From Amoebidium appalachense (Eukaryota > Protista > Ichthyosporea): a stretch of 64,000 bases of DNA. Location: positions 11,095,962 through 11,159,961 of the forward strand of contig CAVNZM010000007.1 of assembly GCA_963693365.1 (NCBI GenBank). The letters run 5' to 3'. This document shows positions 28,280 to 41,544 of the stretch, piece by piece; positions within the stretch are counted from its first letter, which is position 1, and each line of letters starts with the position of its first letter. Under the pieces are notes generated by a model. That model was not told the origin of the DNA. It searched no databases and saw only the letters and a program-made list of their open reading frames with translations. The translations under genes were made by a program, and so were the position numbers.

Positions 28280-28594
28280 TCTAAGTCAGCGCTTGCATGG
28301 CCTGGATGAAAGGAACCACGACAGCACTAACTCAATACTCGGAAGATACAGCCGGGTACAGAAACAAATAAAACATTGAAGTGACGACTTGATAATGGTG
28401 CACAGCATGGCACAGCAGCTCAATCGGTTCACTGATTTCAGTGTGCAGGCCATGGAGCCCTGCCGGCCAATGCTGAACTTCAAGATGGTCGGGTAAACCG
28501 TTGGCATATTTTGTGGGGGCCGGCCTCCCAAGGTGCAACTATGTTGACCAAGGCACGCAAGCGTGGTGCAAGACAGGCAAGTGTAGCAGACCGG

Positions 28595-28625
<31 letters not shown>

Positions 28626-28724
28626 GGGGGGGGGGGGGTGGGTGGGGGGGGGGGGGGGGGGGGGGGGGGAGGCACAGCAAGTTGATCGATAAGCCAGTTT
28701 TAAAGGAAGGTGTCTGTGTGTGCG

Positions 28725-28809
<85 letters not shown>

Positions 28810-29059
28810 AGTTTTAGGCTTAAGTTGGCGTGCCATATTTGGCAACACAACTGAGGCCACCATGGTCATAAACCTCTAAAGCGCGGAATTTCAAGCCATC
28901 CGGTATATATGCATGCTTCAGAAAGCCTTGGATACCGAAGTATCATTTTATAGTATTACCATAGCAGGTCGTCATTTGTGAGACAGCTTGTTGAAATGAG
29001 CATACAATCGGCAGCAATTAGACCCCCTCCCCCCCCCTCCCCCCCCCCCCCCCCAAAAA

Positions 29060-29154
<95 letters not shown>

Positions 29155-29699
29155 AGCACACACACCCTTCCGCAAACCAAAGCAAAAAAAGAACCAAGAA
29201 AAAAAAGGAACCCTTAAGAAAGAAAAACACCACCACACAGTATACACACACAGACATAGACACACACAGGCACATCATAGCATTACAGACAGAACTGTGT
29301 CTCCCCCCCCCCCCCCCCCACCACCACCACCACCACTTGCAACTCCTGCAAGTGTTTAGCCTATTCTCAAACCTTTCTCTGGGTCTCTCACAACACAGCT
29401 ATCCAGAACCTCTACGCCAAAGAGACTTTCATCGTGTAGGTGAGAAAGGAGTTGCACTTCCAGTAACAGTTGCATCGAGGGATCATTGCCATGAACAGAG
29501 GAATTGACTGCATGGAATCGTGTGACTTACCCAAAATATCACGTCAGGAGCATAATTGGTGACAGGCTTATTAGCTACTTGAACAACGACTGCAGGAGCT
29601 AAACAAATCACAGGTGCTTATTCCCTACCTCTGGAGGGTGATGGGCTATTTGATTTTTACATCCTTGTGTAGTAGGGGGGGAGGGGGTGAGGTGCGCGT

Positions 29700-29735
<36 letters not shown>

Positions 29736-30386
29736 CAAGGGAACCTTGAAAGAGTCGGTCTTAGTCCCTACAGTAAGTGGAGTAGGGAGGGCTATCAATT
29801 TGCGCCGATTTTGGTGGAGGTGGGCAGGCTCTGCCCTTTTTCCGTGAGCAAGGCTCTACGGTACGTTACAGTTTGAAGTTTTTTTTCTTTTTCTTTCGTG
29901 TAGGCTTTCAAACCATGGCACCGTCTTGTTGTCACACTAGAACAGTTGTGACTGGGAAACCATCAACCCCGCTACCCCATGCTAACACCGATGGGTTGTG
30001 CGAGCAGGACCCGATCCGTGCCCCAGAGGCACAGCTGGTGGCGCAGCTGGCGGGGAGTGAAACGCAGAAATGGGGCTGGACAGGCGGTTGTGCATGTACG
30101 TGTACCCACCTGTGTGTCCATATCTGTTTGTGCTTGTCTAGGTGTTGGTGCTATTGAGCTCGTGTTTATGCGTGCAAACTGCTGGTTGTAGGTGTGTGTG
30201 TGTGTGTCTCAGCCATGGGTTCAATCGTGTGTGCCAGCGCGGCCCTCTCTGTGTGTGTGTGTGGTTGTGCATGTGTGTGTATGTGTGATGATGTCGGGTT
30301 TGGTTTGTGCGCATATTGGCATATGTGTGTGGAGGTGCCTGTGAGTGTGGTGTGCACGTATGTGTGCATGGTGTTTTTTTTTTTTT

Positions 30387-30417
<31 letters not shown>

Positions 30418-30802
30418 GGATGGAGGGTTGTAAACGGCAGCTTATCCACTGGCTGGTAGGTGCATGTGTACCGATAGCAACCGTGAAGATGCCCGAGCAT
30501 ATGCGACCGTGATTGAATAAGAAGGAGGGTCTCTGGCACTGCCCAGCGGCTCTTGCCTCCATTTTTTGTCCCCCCTATGCACCTCCTTGCGTGTTATGTT
30601 GCCCTGGATCCATCCAATTCTCTCTTCCCTGAGCACATGCCCACCTATCAAGGCACATACAGCAGCTTTACGAAATGGTTGCACCACCTCACTGCACAGA
30701 ATTAGAGCGCAAACACGCGCACGGAGAGGCGATGGGGATCGGGGGAGGGCCTAACTCTTGACAATATTGACTGCACGTTGTTTTCTCTTGACCTTTCTAT
30801 TC

Positions 30803-30861
<59 letters not shown>

Positions 30862-31263
30862 GCCAAACCAGAGGGAGCATGTGTTCTGCACATGTTGCAA
30901 GCTCCCCGTCTAAAGGTGTTGTTGCCATCCTGTGCTCTGCATCTCTTGCAGATTGTTTCCGTGGAGTCTTCATCATGCCCCCTATTTGTAGGCTCCGCAT
31001 TGGAATCCCCCCATGGAGCACGTTGTGCCCTCTTTGCTGCTTGACAATGTTACAGTGGGCATGGGTGCTGTCAGGGGTGTTGCAGAGGTGCGATGAAGGG
31101 ACAGCGAGTGGACTTGGCACGGTGCCGGGCATGGCTGGCAAGGTGCGTGCACATGCAAATAACTAGGCCTAGGGGTGCCACCTGCTGCTCGTGCTCGTGC
31201 ACCTGCACACCCAATTTATCCACCCACAGGTAGGGCGGAGTGCGGCGGTGTGGGTGTGTGTGG

Positions 31264-31294
<31 letters not shown>

Positions 31295-32042
31295 TGTGTG
31301 TGTGTGTGTGTGTCTGGGGGGGGGGGGGGGGGGGGGGGATATGAATGTTGTCAGAGACCCGTGTGCACCTGTGTGTGTGTGGAGAGGTCTGCAAGGGCAC
31401 TGGCTGCATTCTTGCTGATGGCCGGCACAGGTGTGCTGATGTTGTGTGTGGCCTGGGCAGGACGGTGGGTTCATGCTGCCCCCCAGAACCACGGCGGACT
31501 CTGATGACTCTGATGACTTTGAGGATGACGACGCTGCCTCCCCCAGGGAAGACCCTCGCTTTCCGGTGTGTTGCCTCCCCCAACACACATGCGTTCTCTG
31601 TTCCTCTTTTATCTCTGGATGTCGTGCTCACCTTTTCCTACCCCCTTTCCTCCCCCACCTCCCTCTTTACCGTTTCTCATAACCCAGACCCCCCCCTCCC
31701 TCACCTCTTCTATCCCCCCCCCAACCACCCCCCCACCCCTGTTACCCTAAATCACACACACGGGCGCGCGCACACACACACACATACACGCACACACACA
31801 AACACACACACTCTCTCTCCTATCTCTCTCTCCCTCTTTCCCCCTCTCCCTTCCTCCCCCCCCCCCCTCTCTCTATCTCTCTCTCTCCCCCCCCCTCCCC
31901 CCCCTCCCTTCTTGCCCACTCTTTCTCTCTCTTTCTCTCGCACGTGAGCGTTGGCGCTGGCGTTCCTCGCTGGTTCCCCCCCCCCCCCCCCCCCCCTTTC
32001 CTCCATAAGGAACAGAGATGTAGTCCAATGTCCACACATCTG

Positions 32043-32079
<37 letters not shown>

Positions 32080-33189
32080 TTCCCCAGTTTGTATGGGGCG
32101 GCGCTTTGGATCCGGAGGGCGAACAGCAGGCTGCACTGTACCCGGTCTACCGCTGCAGCTGGCAGCAGGGCGGCACCAACCACACCGTGGTGTTCCCAGA
32201 CCCCCGGCCCTACGTGGCCCCCGGGGGAGGACAGTGTGTGGCACCCGTGCATGTGCGGCAGCTTGCTGCGCTACGACACGGGCAGCTACACGGTGTATGT
32301 GCGCGAAGAGAGGCTGTGCAGCAGATACTGCCGTGCAATTGCAGAAAACCCCGTGGCCCTGGCCGCGGGAGACATCCCCCGGGCTGCGAGCCCCTGCGTC
32401 TTCGGCTTGGCGCGTCACAAACTTGTTGTGACTGATGTGCGTACCAGCTGTGTGCTTCTGCATGCCGGGCTCGCAGCTACAACTGCCCCTCCCCCTCCCC
32501 CCCCCCCCCCCCCCCCACCAACATACCCACCCTTCCCCCCCCCCCCCCCTATTCCCGTCAGGAAAGGGAGAAACACTGTGTGGCAGACATACACGGAGAC
32601 GTGACTCGCAGACCACAAGCACCAGCTATGATGCAGCAGGCTGGGCAGCACACACCACTGATCATGTCTGCCCCCCACAGCGCCAGCCAGACAGGCCTGA
32701 GGCCTTCAACCGGGCTCGTCCATGGGCACTGAGTTGTGATGAGAAAAAAGATGCCAGGTAACCCTCCCCTCCCTCAATCCCTCAATCCCTTTCTCCCTCT
32801 GTTCCTTCCCGCCACTCTCTATCTCGATCTCCCCCTCCCCCCCCCCCCCCCCCCCCCCTCCCCTCCTTCTCCTCAAGCACAAACACTTTTGCTTTTTATT
32901 GCCTGGGCTGATGTTGCATATTCCTTTGTGCACCTTTGTTGCTTTTGCCTAACATTCCACCCGCCCACCCACCAACCCACCCACACGCACCCACACAACA
33001 CACACACACACACACACTGCACACACGCACACACATACACTCACCAAGCACACGATGCTCACACTACACACACTTGCTCCCCGCCCTCTCTCTTTCACGC
33101 CCCTTCTCAATGGGCCACCGCCTCCCTAACCCACACGCCATCCCCAATTCATACAGACATGCACACCTGCTCACAAATCATGTACTTGC

Positions 33190-33220
<31 letters not shown>

Positions 33221-35348
33221 AAAAAAAAAACCCCACACACACATACACACACACAACCCCTTCATAAATCCTCCTGCCTGCCACCTCCCTCCCTGGCCCC
33301 AACACACATGCCATGCGGCACACACCACACCGCTTCTCTCCCCCACAGGGGGCTGTTCGATTATGGTTCAAAGGTGCCAAGGGTGACGGTGGAGACCGGC
33401 TTGAGTTATGAGAACGGTTCCTACGACATGCACATCACCCCAGAGCAGCTGGAGAAAATGACACAGGGCATGACGGGCCTGGGTCTCATGCAGTCGGTTA
33501 TCGAAATCCACCCTATTGGTCCAGCAGCAGAGACCGAACCCACCAGCCAATCAGGAAACCCCATGCCATCCGAAGAAATTAACAAATCCGCAGAGCCTCA
33601 AAGCAGCCAGGAAATCGGAGTATCGATGAAACTCAGAAAAACAGATGAAAAAGGACAGTGGACGGGAGCCCAAGCACCCCAAACATGGCCGGCACACCCT
33701 GCATATGCCATCCGCAAGCTGACGCAGCACCATGTGGGCACGACTGAGGCCATGCACTACTTCGGCACCATGTGTCTGGGTCGGCCATCAGCGCGCTGCC
33801 CCAGTGCCCAACCTTCTGCTATGGCCTCAGGGTCGGCATGTTCTTCAAAGCGTGCGGTTTCGATACGTGGGACCCCACAACTCCCAAATACACACATTAC
33901 CATCTCCTAATCATGGAAGCAGGCTTTCGTTCCCCCGATTCCCCTTTCCGTCTCCATGGCAACACGAACACGCCATTGCCACCCACACATGATGCAGGAG
34001 AGGAAGGTGGTGTGGTGCAACAGGCAGAGGTGGAGGCGGGAAGAGAAAATGAACCGGTGGAGGTCGGTGGTGGTTCTGAAAGCGCAAGGGAGGATGGTGG
34101 GGGGTTGGACAGAGGGAATGTGGGTGAAAACGTGGAGAGTGTGAGCCGGGGACAAGTGGGTGAAAACGTGGAGAGTGTGAGCCGGGTGAAAACGTGGAGA
34201 GTGTGAGCCGGGGACAAGTTGGTGAAACGTGGAGAGTGTGAGCCGGGGACAAGTGGGTGAGAGCGTGGAGAGTGTGAGCCGGGGACAAGTGGGTGAAAGC
34301 GTGGAGAGTGCAGGCCAGGGAAAAGTGGGTGAAAGCGTGGAGAGTGTGGGCCGGGGAAAAGTAGGTGAAAGCGTGGAGAGTGCGGGCCGGGGAAAAGTGG
34401 GTGAAAGCGTGGAGAGTGCGGGCTGGGGAAAAGTGGGTGAAAGCATGGAGAGTGCGGGCCGGCGAAAAGTGGGTGAAATCGTGGAGAGTGCCGAGGGAGT
34501 AGGGACCAACCCAGGGGATGACCAGGTGTAGGGGGATGAAGATGGTGGCGGGAACATGGGCGGTGGTGAAAACAAGCGTGGTCGGCTCATTGAGGTGCCC
34601 ACACTGCCTCGTGAGTACGGAGAGGCTGGACCTACGGGCATGGGAGCGCCGGGGCCATCATACGTAGAGGCCGCAGTGAGGCATCTGAGAGACATCCACA
34701 CACACAGACACGCAAAACCACCAGCCACACCTGCACATGGGAAAGAGCAAGAATGCACCCCCACACCCGAGCCACTCAGCACCGGAGGACACACCAATGA
34801 CCGCACCCCGTCCTCCCCCCTGATCGAGCAAGCAGCACGTCGACCCACACACGTGATCCCTAGGCCGGTGGATTGGCGCAGCGCCACGGCCGTGTGTGTG
34901 ATTGGGTTTCGAATGCTGCTGGAGACCGTTGTGGCCCTGTGGGCTGGTGGTGGCGCCCACACCGACATGAAGGTGGGTGGGTGGGTGGTGCCGGCCACAT
35001 GCCCATTCACTCAAGTGCCCGTGTGCAATTTCTTTTGTTTGCTTTTTGTCTTTCCTTTTTTTGGCCCCCCCTCCCCCCCCCCCCCCCCCCCCCCTCCTTT
35101 GGGGTGAGGGGGGAGGAGGGGGAACGTCCAATGTGATGATGGTTGTGCCTTAAGGGCCAACCACTAACCTTCCTGCAGCTGCTTTGTCACTATGGCTCTC
35201 GTTGCTAACTCCAACATGCACTGCCCACAAGTAATCTCTCCCCTCCCCCCTCTCCCCCCCTCCCTCCCCCCCCCCCCTCCCCCGGACAAACACATACACA
35301 CGCACACACACGCACACGCACGCACACACGCACACATACACACACACA

Positions 35349-35384
<36 letters not shown>

Positions 35385-36696
35385 CATACACACACACACA
35401 CACACAGGTGGGCAACATGGAGGTCACCGATGTGGATGTGGACCTTGGCAACGGGGAGGTGGGCACTGCATTGGTTTTCAGGGCGTTCGCTCCGGTGCTG
35501 CTTCGGTATGTGTTAGAGGATGCTCGGCAGGCAGACTTCACGGCATGCACGGTCCTGGCCCCCCGCATCCCGACCTTGGCCAGCCGCAACCTCGGCAACC
35601 AGCTGCCTGTGGACGGCACCTTCCTGCGTGCCCTATTGCTGCTCTGCCTCATGCACCCCGACATGCACGGTCTGGAGGCCCGCTTCCACCAGGCCCGGCC
35701 CCCCAACCCCCACCTCTTTCCGGTATGCCGCCGCCAGCAATGGCGAGCCCGTGACCGTGTTCTCCTGCCAGCCGGGGGACTACGTCAACCTGCAGACGCT
35801 GGGTTGGGAGGCCGTGGACCGGGTGGGGGCAGCCGAGGGGTGGGCACCATGCTGCTGCTGGCCATGTGGCCCGTCACTCGGCCCCCCGCTAATGGCGCCC
35901 TTCCCCTGCCCACCAGGGCAGAGCGCCTGCGCTATGAGCAGCTGACCGCTGCATCCCCACACAGCTGCTGTACTTCGTCGAGCAAACCTTCTGGCAAGAG
36001 TGTGACCTTGCCATGGCTGCGGTACGTAAAGAAGGGATCAACAAAGAAAGTCAACCCTAAGCCTCTCCTGTTACAACCACTTGACACCTTTGTTCTTTTG
36101 TTTTTTCCTGGTCGTGCGTGTAATATGCTCATTGGGAGGTATGCCTTAGCATTTGAGATGAGGCTGCCGACTGGTAACATAGATTGAGGCTATGGAAGAC
36201 ATTGTGGGTGGGTGTGGTGCTGAGAGAGAGTGTTTGTGGTGCAGCTGATACTTTGTTTAGTATGGTGCTGATGCTGTGTGGTGTGCGGTGCTGATGCTGT
36301 GCGGTGCTGATGCTGTGTGGGTGCTGATGCTGTGTGGTGCTGACTCTGTGGGGCAGATGGAGGTGCTGTAGCAGAGGCGTCCGGCCATGTACCGTCGTGG
36401 GGCATCGAGCTATGCCGAGGTGTCAGCCGGGCTGCGGGGGCCCTGCGAGGGCCACCTGAATGCCTACTGGGCCATGATCACGGGCCCGTGCCCTGCAGGT
36501 GCATAGACCCTATCCCATTGCCCTGCTCATAGCTCGTGGCCCCTGGTGTGGCCCCTAGGTCATCTATGTGAGGAACCCTCTATTGCTCATGGCCCATGCT
36601 GAAACCTGCTGGTGGTGCTGATGGGGTGGCTTTGTGTGCTCATGTGCGTAGGTGGGTGTGGGTGTGGGGGCAGGTGGGGGGGGGGGGGGGGGGAGG

Positions 36697-36742
<46 letters not shown>

Positions 36743-37010
36743 GGGAGGAAAGAGAGGGGAGGGGAGGATGATGGTGACATGGAAGGTGTACCCCTGTGTG
36801 TCCTGGAACATCAACTGACATCCTTGCATGCCTGCAGAGTGCAAATAGGGTCGGCTGCGGCATCCCACCCCTGCACAACCATGTACATCTTGGGGAGTTG
36901 CAGATCGGCATGTGTTGGGTGGCCATTGTGGATCTGATTCACCTTATCTCGTGTAAACGCAGAGGCGCTGCCACCACCACCCACCCACCCAAACACACGT
37001 TGCAGACACA

Positions 37011-37102
<92 letters not shown>

Positions 37103-37712
37103 CGCACACGAACACGCGCACACACACAAACAAACACATACACACACACACAAACACATACACGTGTGTGTGTGTGCACAGACAATAGCCTGCACACATA
37201 CATACATATGCGCACACACAGACACGGCTTACGGTGCTGCATACCACGTACCACATGCCACACACATGTGCAGAAAGAACCGTCAATTTGTTTACAATGT
37301 CCAGACCGGCTAGCCTGAATCGATCCAGCTGCAGATGTACTCTGTATTGCCACATTCCGGTGTTCGATTACTTCCTTGGTCAAAAACAGACCAGCTGGCC
37401 TGGGGCCAGCCCATGACAATACATCGTTTATTGTTGAACTGAATGTGCATCCTTATTCTCCCCACAGCCCAAGGGGCTAGGGTAGTCTCGTGTTTTGTGT
37501 CCCCTACACAGATCACACCTCCCACACATGTGTGCTGAACACCTGTGCTCCACCGGACAACAGAATCAGATCTGACCACCCCCTCTGGCATGCATTGTGG
37601 ACAGGAGGGCCCCTACGCATGCAGCGCCACGTGTGCCCAATCCCTGTGTGCACGTGCATGGTGCTGCCATCCTGGCCTTCAAAAATGAAGGAAAAAGATG
37701 GCCCGCCCACCC

Positions 37713-37747
<35 letters not shown>

Positions 37748-37897
37748 CGCACTATTTATTGCTGCGGACATCGTCAGGGGCCCAGCCGCACTGAGACGGC
37801 CTACTGCGTTTTCCAGCGCAGCCAATCAAATGCAGCTAGTGACGTATGTACTTCCGGGGGGGAGAAGGGGGAGGGGATCTCTCTCTTTTCTTATTTT

Positions 37898-37944
<47 letters not shown>

Positions 37945-38238
37945 ACGTTCTGCAATGTGTTGGGCAACAGGCCGTATAGTTACCCATCCATCATGTGCCA
38001 CATACATTTATGGCACCCACAGAGTCAACATCAATGTGCACCCCCCCTTCAGCATTATTGCCACTCACATGTACACAGCATCCAGTACGCTCGCATGTGT
38101 GTGTGACACGTGTACGGTGTGTGTGTGTAGTATCTGTGTGCGCCCAGGATTCGCTGTGTTTGTGTATGTTTCTTCCCTGTTGGGGGATGTAACCGAGGGT
38201 GTGGGTACACGTCTGCGTATATGTGTGTTTGTGTGTGT

Positions 38239-38301
<63 letters not shown>

Positions 38302-39143
38302 AGGTAAAATGTGTTATGTGTACGGGCAACACAACACAGACTCGAGCAAAGTGCACACGATATGATAGTCTTGATGGTGGGTCAGTGTGTGTGGTTGTGG
38401 TGGAGGTGGTTGGGGGGGGGGGACAGAGTATGTGAACTTTTGCATGCCCGTGTGGGTGGAGCACACGTGTTAGCATGGCTTATAACATTGGGGGTGTTGC
38501 CGGACATGACCCGAGGACCGTAAACTTTTACATGCAAGGCATCATTGACTGAGGGGCAGTGGCATCCACCCATCATGACGGACCCTAGGCCCTGCAGGAG
38601 CACACGGTGGCTGCTGCTTGCACCCAATATCGTGTCTTTGCACATGCCGTGCACAGGGTCTCTATGGTACGTGCAGGCACAACGTGCCCGTGTGGCCCAC
38701 CATGTGGGTCAATGATGGGACTGCTCAATGGTGCTGTGAAGCCACGGCATGGCCCTGCCCCAGCCTGCTGCGATTGGCTGCAGTCAGAGTGGCACCACCG
38801 GCAAAGCTTGGGATCATCCGGCAGCTCAAGAAACTCCTTTTTTTTGTTTTATACTATAGTCCTTTTGCGCAGCGCGTGGAGAGGGGTGGGTGGATGGATG
38901 GGTGTTGGTGATGCCATTGGGGAAGGGGGGGGGAGGAGGAAGGGTGGGGTTTGGGGGGAGGGGGGGGTGAGACGGGTGGGGGATGCTTTTTGACCCTTAT
39001 TGGTTCGGATGTGGCTGAGGGAGAGTGAGCAGGCAGCTGCACTGGTCCCCACCATGGCCTAGTTGGATTCGGGTCACGAGCAGGCAACAAAGAGAGCCTT
39101 GAAGAAGACGGGGGTGGTTTTTTTCTTTTTTTTTTTTTTTTTT

Positions 39144-39174
<31 letters not shown>

Positions 39175-39290
39175 GGGGGTGATGAATATAGCTACCCTTT
39201 GATTAGTAACTTAGTAACTGAGATGGGGGCCAAACGTTGGTCACCATCCACACACAGTGACTAGTGCTGGGCCAGGCAGCAGGGGCACAC

Positions 39291-39342
<52 letters not shown>

Positions 39343-40065
39343 CGCGTGTGTGTGTGTGTGTGTGTGTGTCACACGGTGTGTGTGTGTGTGTGTGTGTCAC
39401 GGTGTGTGTGTGTGTGTGTTTTTGGGGTCGGGGGGGGGGGGTCGGGGGGTCGGGGGGAGGAGGGAGGGGGTCTCGAGGGGGATGTTGTGCATGCATGTGC
39501 CTGCGGGCACACACCCTCTGCAGCCTTTCACATGTGGTTACGGGCTGAACTAAGCGCACATGTGTGTGTGTCTGGAGGGAACATAGACCCGTTTCTGCGG
39601 CAGCACATCAGCACGTGGCAACAGGCAGGGCGAACAAAGTCCAGGCGCATACTGCCTGGTGCATGGCCACGGTGTGTGTGCACGTGTCTGTGTGCATCCA
39701 TGTGTGCCCCAGAAGACCTAGGCAGGTGGGTAGGGGGCAAAGGCAGAAGACCCACAAAGAGAGCGGCCCAGAAGAGGTAGGGGTAAAGGTGGGGAGGTGG
39801 GTGGAGCAGTGGTGTGGATCCGAAGGGGCGGCGGGTCGGGTGGGTTGGGGGATGGGGGGGGAGGGGGGGGGGGTGGAGGATTGGGGAAGGCCCCAGGTCA
39901 GCCTTTGTGGTGCTTAATGGCCAGGTGCAGAGGGTTTCAAAGTGAGGTTTAGGGGTGAGCACGTGGACCTGACGACGGGGGGGGAGGGGGGAGAGGATTG
40001 TGCCCCGGTTTGGGAAGACAAGTAAACTCGCTTCATTGCATGCACGTTTACTACGTATCCCCCCT

Positions 40066-40114
<49 letters not shown>

Positions 40115-40208
40115 ACTCACAACAAAAAAAAAAAAAAAAAAAAAAAGAACGATCGAAAGAAAGAAAAATTGGTGCCTAATTATGCATAAGGGATGTGAAT
40201 CAGAGCGT

Positions 40209-40261
<53 letters not shown>

Positions 40262-40720
40262 ACCACCACGACCACCACCACCCACCCACCCACCCCCCTC
40301 CCCCCTCCCCCTCCCCCCCCCCTCCCCCTCCCCCCCCCCCCCCCCCCCCCCCTCATAGCTAAGACTGGTCTCTGTGCACATGCTTTAAATAAACACCGTA
40401 AGCCACCGTAAGCCTTCACCCGACATATGATCTCCGCATTGTATCTCCCCTGGTGTACCTGCACTTAAGGGAGTGTGCTCAGAAGAAAAGTCGGCTGATG
40501 GGGACTGCCGTGAGCAATCAACCTCGAGGCTCAAGGGCTGAAGTTTGAGAGCCCCAGAGTGCCGTCAACCGTTTGTGGGTGAGCTGCATTAAAGTTCATG
40601 TTGGTTTTGTGCAAAACTTGGAGAAAGGGAAAAAAGAAAAAGGAAAAAAAAAGGTCACGACCACAGCACAAGACTTCGAAAAAAGAGGAGCCAGAACTGA
40701 GTAGTGAAGCACCTTTCTGT
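28280..40720 (+). pseudogene. Large decayed multi-exon gene with Cys/His-rich segments, possibly transposon-derived; boundaries uncertain
   Basis: Protein-like blocks mostly bounded by AG/GT at ~31460-31565, 32088-32436, 32562-32757, 33349-34972, 35408-36021, 36357-36498, 36838-36950, 37468-37645, 38598-38666 and 39525-39658. They carry several frameshifts and in-frame stops (e.g. TAG at 34529, 36369, 36846). Weaker blocks lie at 28.3-31.2 kb and 40.45-40.7 kb. Confidence 0.6.
34118..34492 (+). repeat. 36-bp coding-type tandem repeat (GESVESAGRGKV)n inside a pseudogene exon
   Basis: Unit gtgggtgaaagcgtggagagtgcgggccggggaaaa, ~10 copies, two with deletions that shift the frame. Confidence 0.85.
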
Positions 40721-41432
40721 ACACGTGTGCTAAAACGTGGGGTACAGCATGTGGGGACAGTGCCACAGGCCTAGGACCATATGGTAGATTCTGGACAGAT
40801 CAGTGGCTAGTGAAGACAGATGTGACGTGGTTGCTCTATCGCATTTGTGGACAAGTACTAGTACTAGTGGTGAGCGGAGCCAATGACATGTGGCTGAATA
40901 TATCCACTGAGTTTGCAAATGTTCACATGATATTTGAATATTCACTCGAGCAGGCGCACCGTGTCACACTGGATATTTGAGCATCATGCATTCGATTCAC
41001 CTTACACGGGTACGTACATACCTAAGACGAGGCAAATGGTGTGCAGGTGGTACATGGCAGCAAACTAAACAAGTGGCCATGCCTTCTTGCCGGTCAGCCA
41101 GCCGTTGCCGAGCAGTTTCAAAGCTTTTTTCAGCGTGTGTAACTGTGCGATACGTATACGCATGCAATACAGTCGGGTGCATAGGGCCAGATGGCGTCTG
41201 TGCGTGCGTGCATGCGTGTGTGCATGCGTGAGTCACAGTGTGCGTGTGTACGTGTGTGCGTTTGTGCATACTATTGTTTGTGCATGTGTGCGTGTGTGCT
41301 TGTGTTTACGGGTGTGTGCTCGTGTGCGTGCGTGTGTGTACGTGTGTGTACACGTGCATGTGAGCGTGTACACGTCGGTGTGCACATACATGTCCGTGTG
41401 CATGCACGTGGTTGCGTGCGTGTGCTGCGTGC

Positions 41433-41544
<112 letters not shown>

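Noticed and set aside
28280-40720. Alternative genetic code (TAR=Gln or TGA readthrough)
   Set aside because: Neighbouring conserved genes terminate at TAA/TAG and have no internal stops, and this region also has frameshifts.
28280-40720. Endogenous giant virus, Fanzor or retroelement
   Set aside because: The region has spliceosomal intron structure and no recognisable capsid, polymerase, RuvC, RT or integrase motifs.
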